Source: Octopus sinensis | Lineage: Eukaryota | Reading direction: 5' to 3' | DNA: 64,000 bases | NCBI RefSeq assembly: GCF_006345805.1 | Contig: NC_042997.1 | Span: 117,738,001 to 117,802,000, forward strand | Shown here: positions 25,001 to 36,274 of the stretch, piece by piece | How positions within the stretch are numbered: the stretch's first letter is position 1 | Layout: every line of letters begins with the position of its first letter | Notes under the pieces: model-generated | Databases searched by the model: none | Told to the model about the DNA's origin: nothing | What the model saw: only the letters and a program-made list of their open reading frames with translations | Position numbers and translations under genes: made by a program

Positions 25001-28000
25001 CTATTTTATTCTGGTGGACTCCCATAGCCACTTGATGTTTAAAAACTAGTTTCATAGAAACTTCTTTCAAAATTCCCATTTTGCTTTTCATACATTAACT
25101 TGCCTTACTGGCACTTGTGCCTGTGCTAGAAGGGTGCCAAGAGCACCATCTGAGTGTGATCGTTGCCAGAGCGGCTAACTGGCTTCCGTGTCGGTGGCAC
25201 GTAGAAGGGCACCATTCGAGTGTGATCATTGCCAGCGTCGCCTTACTGGCACCTGTAAAAAGATTCGAGCTAGGTCACTACTAGTACCGCCTGACCGGTC
25301 CACGTGCCGGTGGCACGTAAAAGACATCCACTACACTCTCGGAGTGGTTGGCATTAGGAAGGGCATCCAGCTGTAGAAACTCTGCCAGATCAAGATTGGA
25401 ACCTGGTGCAGCCATCTGGTTCGCCAGCCCTTAGTCAAAATTGTCCAACCCATGCTAGCATGGAAAATGGACATTAAACGATGATGGTGATGAACTTGTA
25501 TAGATTGAACCATGTAAATTGTTAGAGAAAGAAACCTAGCTGTTTCTTGCAGTACATACAAACATCTAAAGCAACATTTTTTCAAGGGCCCTTTAAATAC
25601 TATTGTAGATCCCCAATTTACTATTTTATTGCACGGACCCCCAAAAATCTTATATGGACCCTGGTTGAGAATCACTGAACTAAGCAGATGTTAAGAATAT
25701 GATCTGAAAAACACATCATGACTGCAAAGGGAGAATTACAATTTGTTTAATAAGTATCTAGAATTTGTTTGTCTCTTCAAAAGCCCTTTGATAGACCCTG
25801 TCAATGGTTATGTATGGTTGGAAATGTACAAGTAATATTTATTTTTGAAGTGTTCCACAATAGCATTGTCCATAAACAATGGTTTTCAACATCATTTGTA
25901 TCTCTCATCCTTAAAAATTCTAAATAACATAGACCACGAGATCAATTTTTTACTTTTGTTATTTTAGATGGATTTCCAATCATGCCAAACACTGATCTTA
26001 CCTTCATTTTAAAAAGACACCCCAAAAAAGTTTTCCTTTTTTGTGCTCAGATGACCAACAAATTCCAGTAAATTTCAGCTGTTATCAATTTGAAAGAAAA
26101 GTTATCTAAATTTAGGGCTTCCACTGATGCAGTGTTTTTTTTTGGTGGTGGGGGGGTAAAGTTTGTTTTGGAGAGAGGGCTTGACTCATGATGTTTGAAG
26201 GGTCCTTGCAACCTGTGAGATTGATGTGATTCATGTTTGTGAACTGCAATTTAACAAATACTGGAGACATGGACAGGATGGGAACTCAAAGACTGGGATC
26301 TTCTAGATGATCACAACCTTTTAAAATAGCAGCCAAATCTCCTCTCAAGTCACATTCTACTTTCTTAAAATAGAAAGGACATGTTGGATAATGTAATTCT
26401 ATATAATGCTATGTCTGGAAAAAAACTGGATATTAAGGTTAAGTGCTTTAACACCTTTGATAACAAATAGATCTGTTAAATTAGAGAAGATTTGGTGTTA
26501 AACAAGAGCTAAGACATAGCAGTATAAAAAAAAAATGGGTTAAGATAAAAAAAACACCAGAAATTACTGACAGAATATATAAAGGGATCTATTCAAAACG
26601 TTAAAATATTTCCTCTCATTTCAATAGCCTACCATATCTCAATTATTGCTTCTGCTGATTCCTGCCCACACCAACTTCCACAATTCTTAGATTATAGTGT
26701 TATGTTACATTATTTATTTCAACCAATTGATAACGAATCAGATAAAGTGGTATCACTTTAACATTAAATGACATCTCCAACTATACACAGTGATACACAC
26801 AGCTTGTCATGACACTTCTGAAGCACTCAGAACAACCGTATCCCAGTAATATACAAATCTAAATAAAACTGGATTTCCATCAGTTTGGACAATTAGTATT
26901 CTGGTTGTTCAAATAGCACAACCACTCACTCTTTGAATTAGCTGGTAACTGGCCCTCAGTTGAGCAGTTATCTTGTAAAGGACTTGACCTCACTAGTGCT
27001 GGTGCCACATTAAAAAAAAAAAAAAAAAAAGCACACATCACACTCTGTAAAATGGTTGTTAGAAAGGGGATTGGTGTCAATCAGTAGAAACCATGTCAAA
27101 GCAGACATTGGAGCTTGACACAGTCCTCTAGATTGTCAAACCATCCAACTTACGCCAGAATGGAAAACAGACATTAAATGGTGATGGTGATCATTCCATA
27201 AACACTGATACCCTCGTGATTCTCAGGTAGAATCAGCATGACTATGGCAAGGTTCTACTGTTAACCCTTTGGCATTCTCATTCCATGTGAAATACACAGC
27301 TCATGCTTCAACCGACTAACTTTGTTCATTAACTGATATATTAATTTGATGTCTGACACATAGAAATGAGGAATGGTCTGACAGAAAATTGTGATAGATG
27401 GTTTTACTTTCAATATTTAACACTTAAAATTGATAGTTTTATAAAAGAAACAGAAGAAATTTCAGGTAGGTCAGTATCAAAAGAGTTAAATTACAGGTAC
27501 AATCTGACAAACTTTCAGTTTCTCTCTATCCAATTTCATTTATAAGACTTGGGCTGATCCAAGGATATGGAAATCTATTAGATCTAATTAATAAATCTAA
27601 CATTCAGTTAAATAGACGAGATAGGCTCATGAAACCTGTATCATCATGAAATAACACACAGTGAATTTTAAATATTGTCATTTTGTTAATTTCATATAAA
27701 TTTATAAATTTTCACATGGACGGGCAGTGCCAGATCAGACTGGGCCTGGTGCAGCCTCCTGGCTTCCCAGACCCCGGTCGAACTGTCCAACCCATGCTAG
27801 CATGGAAAGCGGACATTAAATGATGATGATGATGATGATGATTAACAGGAGTTGCATCAGACTCCATTGTCTGCTTTGGCAAGGTTTCTACAGCTGGATG
27901 CCCTTCCTAACACCAACCAATTTATTACATGGTATATTGGGTGCGTTTTACGTAATACCAGCACCGGTACTTTTTATGTGGCACCAGAACTAGTAAAATC

Positions 28001-30090
28001 ACCAAGTAACTGACTGAGAGGGAGCATAGTACTGAGGGAGGTGGCTTTGTGCCAGTTGAGAAGTTGAAGTGTAATATGGGAATAGAGATAGGTGTCTTGC
28101 TATTGAGGATACTTGGCTACTTCAGTTGGAAATCAACAGTTTTAGAGCCATAAGCAAGCACTGTGTGGTAAATAATCAGATTATAAGTAACCATTCTCAT
28201 ATTAACCCATCATCATCCATCATTTTGCATCCAGGTTTTGTCCCCGTAAACAGGGGTGGCCGGATCTACCTCAATGCCATTGCAACAGCCCTCACACCAT
28301 CTTGCTCAGTTCTGGGCATTCTCCCTACTCAAGCCAACCCTCCCAATCTCCCCCTCCACATTTTCCTCGGTCTACCTTGCTTTCACTGTCCTTTTACCTG
28401 AAACTCTAGCAGCCTCTTCAGAACATGCACCTCATCCCTCCTCAACACATGCCCATACTACTGCACTCCATTTGCCCTTGTCAGCCATTCCACTGATTCC
28501 TCCAACCCCAGTATCCCCATCGAGTCCTCAGTCCTCCTCTTATCAAACAGCCTCACGCCACACATTTCTCTCACCATTGTTCTCTCAGTCCTTCTCAAAA
28601 TTGCCATCTCTCTCTCTCTCTCTCAAACACCATGTCTCACTCTCATACAACTCCTATAGACCTTTCCTATCATCTTCAATAAATAACCATTTTGAACAGA
28701 GGCACAAGGCCAGAAACTTAGAGGGAATGGAAAATGTACATTATATCAACCTCAGTATCTGGCTGTACATTATTTTGTTGATCCCAAAAGGATAAAAGGC
28801 AGAGCTGACTGTGGGAAGAATTGAAGTCAAACTGTAAAAGGGCCAGAGAAAATGCCACATGCCATTTTGCTAGACACACTAACTAACTTGTCAATCCATA
28901 ACCAGTCAATAAACAAGGTTGATAAAATATAAATAAATTAAATGAATCAGGTTTCTATTAACTCTTTAGTGTTTAAATTACTCTGCCAAATGTAAAGCTT
29001 ATTCATTCATATTGTTTTGAATTAATCATGTATTATCTCATAGCTTTGAGATTTTGATGATGTTATTGTCTATTTTTAGAATGGCATTGTAGGGTAGGTG
29101 TGAGAGGTTAGATCAGGTCAGTCTGAACTTAAGACAGGAGGTATATCCGGGCTGGATATAACCAGTCTAAATGCTAAAGAGTTAAGGAAAAATGGAGAAA
29201 ATTTACATAATTGCAGTTACATTAATTCCATTTATCATTATCACTTTGTAGCTAAATATATGAAGCTATATGGTTGCTTGATTTACAAGAAATGGCAGCT
29301 AAACCTCAAATTACAACGGTCTCAAAAATGGAAGACATCTGCATTTAGGATAATGTAGCCCAGGGTACATTAGACCTTAAATAACAATAGGGACAGACTT
29401 GGTTTTATTACATACCAGATGCCTACATAATAGTTTTGTAATATATGTGTGTGTGTGTGTGTGTGTCTGTGTGTGCATGTATATATAGTTTTTTTTTCTA
29501 TTAAAACTGAAGCTGAAAGCTTGTCTGACAACTCAAGTTTCAAGCTATTGTGATCTTTAGGCAAAGATCAAGTCACAAGACAAGCTCTCAGCTTCAGTTT
29601 GCATAAAAAACAAACAATATCCTATACAAGTGTTGAGCACTCTTTCCCATTTGTCCAACCTTTATACATCATCATCATCATTTAACGTCCGTTTTCCATG
29701 CTAGCATGGGTTGGACAGTTCGACCAGGGTCTGGGAAGCCAGGTGGCTGCACCAGGCTCCAGTCTGATCTGGCAGTGTTTCTACAGCTGGATGCCCTTCC
29801 TTACGCCAACCACTCTGTGAGTGTAGTGGGTGCTTTTTACGTGCCACCAGCACAGGTGCCAGGGGAGGCTGGCAACGGCCACGATCAGTTGGTGCTTTTT
29901 ATGTGCCACCAGCACAGAAGCCAGTCAAGGCGGCGCTGGCATCAGCCACATTCGGATGGTGCTTTTTACATGCCACTGGCATGGGTATCACAACTACAAT
30001 TTCCATTTGATTTTTATTTTGATGTACTTGACTCAATAGGTCTCCTCAAGCACGATATAAATAAACATGCTATGTTGTATGTGTTATCTA

Positions 30091-30124
<34 letters not shown>

Positions 30125-32862
30125 GTTAGATGTACAAGATATTGTATTTTCCATTTCCTCTATTAATAGAAAATATATTACTTTCCAGAAGTAGCTGAAG
30201 TGTGATAATGGATCAGTAACCTGCCAAGCATTCAAACTTCATCCAAGGCCTGTGTTCAGCTCAAGTTGCTTGATTTTAGCTTACTTACAAAACAGCTGAC
30301 ACCTTTTTTGTTTAAGTGCTTAATCCAGCTGCAGAAATAATGCTAACTATAAAAACATGAAAATAGATATGCACAACCATTTTACCCAAAATAGTATGAA
30401 GAAAAAAAATCCCCCCTAACCAAAGCCTATAATATCATAAAGCATGTCCAACACCAAGCCCTTGCAAAAAAAAAAAATGTTCCCAACAGATGATGTAAAA
30501 AACAATTCAGATGGTTACAAATGATTTCAATGAAGCAATGAGATCCATTTTAGTTTGAAAGTATGATAATCAAATCAACACCAGTATGGTTTTAGTATAA
30601 AATGAGACTTCACTCTTGACAGAATTTGAACGGAGAATGATAATACAGTAAACAGGATGCCCTCAGAAACCCCATTTAACCTTTGTATGGTTTATGTCAT
30701 CTCCATCACTTCAGTTCAGTTTTTCTTACTATCTGTGCCTAGGACAAATGTAATACAATTTTTTATTACTTATTTGATGGGTCTCAGGAAATGGGTTGTG
30801 TACATAGCCTTCACAGAGATTGAAGTGGTCAATATTTCTCTTGAACAGCTAGGTGATATTTGCAAAAAAAATATGTGCAGGTCAGGAATTCCAGAGAGCC
30901 AAAATTCAGTGGAAGAAGGATTGGAGGTAATTATTAATGCTAGTCTATGGGTAGACATAATATGGATTATATATATATATAAAACAGAGTGGAGTTGTGG
31001 GGTACCGCATAAGTGGAATTATATACGAAAGAAGGTTTAAAAATGCAATTTTAAAAGCTGTTTATTTACTTTACCAGTTTCACTCTTTGGAAAAAGATTG
31101 TCAAAAGTAACATGTAGAAGTTTGGTTGTGTTAATTATTGGTTGTTACAAAATGTTACATTTCATATATACAGTCTTTGGTAACAAGGACATGTTAAGGA
31201 CATAAAAATGTTTAACAAGTTCCTTAAAATATTGGGCACAAAAGATTACAACATAAATAATCATTCTCAAGAACATGTTAAAGATAGTTTCCAGAAGAAA
31301 TTATTAAAAAGTTCAGTGGGATATTGGTATTGTATCTGTATATTCAAACACGCACAGAATATTGGTTGACAGAGTACTACAATACATATATATACATTCT
31401 ATATACAAATCTATAATCTATAAACGCAACACAAAGAGGCAGCTTGTACTCATTTGCTCGCTCAAGCAGTTGCGTTAGAGTAAATATATGGTCCATCGTG
31501 CTGTAGTTCTTCCGGAAGCCTGCTTGTTCCCTTGGTTGTTGTTTGTCGAGACGACGTCACAACCTGTTCAGAATTATCTTCGTGAACAGCTTGTACACGT
31601 GAGACAGCAGGCAGATGGGTCGGTAGTTCTTTAGATCTTCTCTGTCGCCCTTCTTATAAGAAGGCCTTCGATAGCGTTGAAACCAACGCAGTGCTGAACT
31701 CGCTGCAGAGGCAAGGAATCGAAGCGCAATATGTACAGCTGCTCAGAGAGGCAAATTCTGGATGCACCACCGACATAGCTCTACTGTCATCACCCATACG
31801 AGTGCCGGACGAGAAGGGAGTGAAGCAAGGAGATACAATCTCCCCAAAACTTTTCACTGCATGTCTCGAACAGATCATCAGAGGCATCGACTGGCAAGGT
31901 GGTGTCAACATCAATGGCAAGCTCCTCACCCACCTCCGTTTCGCTGACGACATCGTACTCATCGCTGAAAACATGGATCAGCTTCAATGGCATAAGGGAT
32001 GTGCTCAAGGGAAGGTTGGACAGGACCACCCGCGCCAACCTCATTAACAGTGCAGTTCTGCCTGCAATGTTATATGGTAGAGAAATATGGGCTACCACAA
32101 GGAGAGAAGAGGAAAGACTGGTAATGGCTCAAAGAGCCATGGAAAGGTCAATGCTTGGTATCTCATTGAGAGAGCACATAAGTAGCGAGATCATCAGAAA
32201 GAAGTCCGGCGTGAGAGATGTCATCGCAGAGTATACATGCAGCAAGTATAGATGGGCTGGGCACGTCACCTGGCTCACCGGTAATCGGTGGACGCACACA
32301 GTTGTCGAGTGGTACCTGCGCGAGCAGAAAAGACCACCCGGAAGACCTCCACGACGGTGGAGTTACGATTTCAGGAGGATGATTGGGATCACGTGGATGA
32401 GAAAGGCGCGATCCAGAGAGGAGTGGACAGAGTGCTGTGACCAGTGGTGTCAAATGGACACCTGACGGACTGGTCGGTCAAGGTCAAGGTGATATATATA
32501 TATATATATCGAGGGAAAAAACAATATGGACGTTTTGTTTTGATGTCTCACAATGCCATATACGCCTATGAGAATTTACTTTCCCAATGAAACTCAGTCT
32601 TTTCCCAAACTTTTTCTCAAACCTGCTATAATGTGATACATGTCTTTGGTGTGGTAATTGTACGCGGCTGAAGAAGGCTTTTGAACTACCTGTTATATGA
32701 ATTATGCATTGATATAAGTTGTTCAATAAAGCCCGAAACATATGCACCGCAAAATCCTTTGCATCCTGTTTTTCTTTTGATACATATATCCTACCACCTA
32801 CACCACTAGCTGGCATATACAGGTGCTTACAGTTATCGAGTATTCACCCTGAATTTTTTGTA

Positions 32863-32906
<44 letters not shown>

Positions 32907-34806
32907 TTCAACCTCGCATATTCGCCGTGTCAGGCCGAAAAACGAAATGTTCCCAAGATAAGAAAATCTTTCTAATCTAATCCATCCCGTAATCTGTACC
33001 AGTAATATTCTCATGCAAATTTGTCTGATCTCTAGTGGTTAAGCTGTTTATTATTATTATTATTAGTATTAGTATTATCCCTTTGACCCTTGTTTATTAG
33101 TATTATTATTTCGCCTCGTATTGCATATTCTGTATAATTTATTAGTTATTGTTGACCATCGGTTTTCCGGCCTCGTGTCTCGCTAAATACAGAATAGATA
33201 TTTGAGTTTCTCCATACAGGATTTTTTCAATGGCGGCCGATTTTCGCAGGGTTCCACTATTCCCTTCTCTCTCTCCCTCTTTTACGTTGTATGCCCTCCC
33301 CCCTCTTCCTTTCCCCCCTTCCATTGCTAAGAGCATTTTTAAGCCAGCCCGTCAAGTTCAACCTTCGCATATTCCCGGTGCACCTGCCCTTGCCCACCCC
33401 CACCACCAATATCGGATATCTCTATATTTTTGCTCCATCTATACCGGATGTCGCTTCTCCCACCACCATTATAGGTGTCTACTCTTCGAACCCCCCTCTT
33501 CAATACGCTATTTCACCATGCATTACCCCTCTCGTGATACCCTACGTTCTACTTGTCTAGAACCTGTCATCGTTTCTCCGAACACCCCTCCCCACTGGTG
33601 CTCCCCTATATTTCTGCACCCCCCCCCCCCCACATAAAAAGCACCATCCGAACGTGGCCGATGCCAGCACCGCCCCGACTGGCTTCTGTGCAGGTGGCAC
33701 ATAAAAAGCACCAACTGACCGTGGCCGATGCCAGACCCCTCTGGCACCTGTGCAGGTGGCACGTAAAAAGCACCCACTACACTCGCGGAGTGGTTGGCGT
33801 TAGGAAGGGCATCCAGCTGTAGAAACACTGCCAGACCAGACTGGAGCCCGGGGCAGCCCCTGGCTCCCCAGACCCCGGTCGAAACCGTCCAACCCGTGCT
33901 AGCGCGGAAAACGGACGTTAAACGATGATGATGATGATTCTTTGGTGACAAGAGCATGTTAAGAACATAAAAAAGTTTAACAAGTTCATTGAAATATTGG
34001 GCACAAAAGATTACAACAAATATATTATACATTCTCAAGATAATTTCCAGAAGGAATTATTAAAAAGTTCAGTGGAATATTGGTATACACGCACAGAATA
34101 TTATGAGTTCATAAAGGTTTACATTATAATAGTAGGGAAGCTAAAACTGACCTGTCCACCATGTTAATGTAAAAGAATATGTCCTTTTACCAAAGACTGT
34201 ATATATGAAATGTAGCATTTTGTAATAACCAATAATTAACACAACCAAACTTCTACATGTTACTTTTGACAATCTTTTTCCAAAGAGTGAAACAGGTAAA
34301 GTAAATAAACATCTTTTAAAATTGCATTTTCAAACCTTCTTTCGTATATATATATGTATATATATATATATATATATTATATATAATTATTTTAAGAGAG
34401 AAAGTCTAAACAAGACTTATCTCCTCCATACTGAATCAATGTTTGAGCATTACGAAGCTATCAAAAAGACCCCATAAATACATGCAATTGAAAGCGGGCT
34501 AGTGAGAGGATATTTGAAAAGACTCCACATTAATTGCAAATTAGCTAATTTCAAGATCAAAATCTTAAATAGATTTTCTTCTATCTTCAGTGCAATACAT
34601 GTAAAAAATATATACAAGCTAGTGTTTATACATACTCATAAGCAAGTTTGTACATCTATACACAAAACACTTGCAAGTATAGATTCGAAAAAGTCCTGTT
34701 AAAATCCTCATACAGCGACCATATGTATTTATATAAAAAAAAAGGACTTGAAGAGGAGTAAAAATATTATACTAATATTTTATGCAATTTTTATCCTATT
34801 TTATGA

Positions 34807-34839
<33 letters not shown>

Positions 34840-36219
34840 TGATTATTTGGTAAGTCGTGCTGATGTTACACTTCTGTAAATAATATCTTATAAGCTTAAA
34901 GCTTATAAGCCATCACCATGCATTGACTAAGGTAAATAGTTTAATATTGGAGTATATAAGCCCTCAAAGGTAAAAAGTAGGGTTTGCCATGTCCCAAGTG
35001 TACAGCAAACCCTACATTTTCCTGTCGAGAGGGCTTGTATGCTCCAATATTAGACTATTTACTTTAGTCACTTAGTCAATGGACGGGTGATCGCTTATAA
35101 AATATTGTAATTATCTTATATATATATATATATATATATCTTATATTATACCTGCTAACTCTGAAGCCTAATATGCATCCCTAACTCCAGCTGAGGCTCA
35201 GCTAGAGCTGTGAACTTGGAACCTAATGGACGACCAATTATAGCACTATTTGTTTAGATTATACCTATTTGTTTAGATTACCAGGCCTCACAGAGGCAAA
35301 GTGACTGAGTTCCTTTCGTGTGTTGGGCCTCACAGAGGCAATGACTGAGACCATTGGCATTATATTGTGCCTGAGAAGACTCATCAAGCCCATCAAGCCA
35401 GTGCATGTAAAAGCACCCATTACACTTGAGTGGTTGGCATTAGGAAAGGCATCCAGCTGCAGAAAACTGCACCAAATCAGACTGGAGTCTAGCACAGTCT
35501 TCCAACTTACCAGCCCCAGCCAAACAGTCCAACCCATGCCAGCATGGACAATGGACGTTAAATGATGATGATAATTATGGTGACTGTATCTTTATGCAGT
35601 TGAAGGAAGTAATATTGGTACATTACTCTTGAAGAATGATTTTGAGGTCTCTGTTCATAAAATTGGGGCAGGTTTGGAGTGAAGTAATCTAGGTTGATTG
35701 TAGGCATGGGAGTAGGCACCAATGAAGTTAACACAAAATAGATTACTGATGTAGAAGAGAAAAAGTATAGGAAATGGAACTGAAGTTAGAAGCACACCAC
35801 TGTAGATAGAATGTGGTTCAGAAAGTATTTCATTAGTGCATACCATAACGGTGAGATCCAATTGAAAAGCCTAACATCACAATACTAATAGACTGCATCT
35901 AATTACAAACTGAAATATTTTAAACAGAGGTGTAAGTTTCAGGATCAAATGTTCTTGGAGAGAACCAGATAATAAGCATGTTAAATATTCCCTTTTTAGT
36001 CGTCTCCATTAGCAACAACTTCAATAATGAATTAAAATGTAACCAAATCAGAAACAGCAGTGACTGTGTGGTAAGCAGCCTGCTTACCAACTCCATGGTT
36101 CCAGGTTCAGTCCCACTGTGAGGCACCCTAGGCAAGTGTCTTCTACTAATAGCCTCGGGCCGACCAAAGCCTTGTGAGTGGATTTGGTAAACAGAAACTG
36201 AAAGAGGCTCGTCAAGTGT

Positions 36220-36274
<55 letters not shown>

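Larger units (their letters stand above)
31026..34344. mobile_element. Non-autonomous TA-flanked DNA transposon with about 166-bp TIRs and multiple nested inserts
   Basis: 31026-31192 and 34179-34344 are reverse complements (about 5 substitutions and 1 indel) with TATA on both outer sides. Internal direct repeat 31176-31363 / 33941-34102. Confidence 0.82.
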
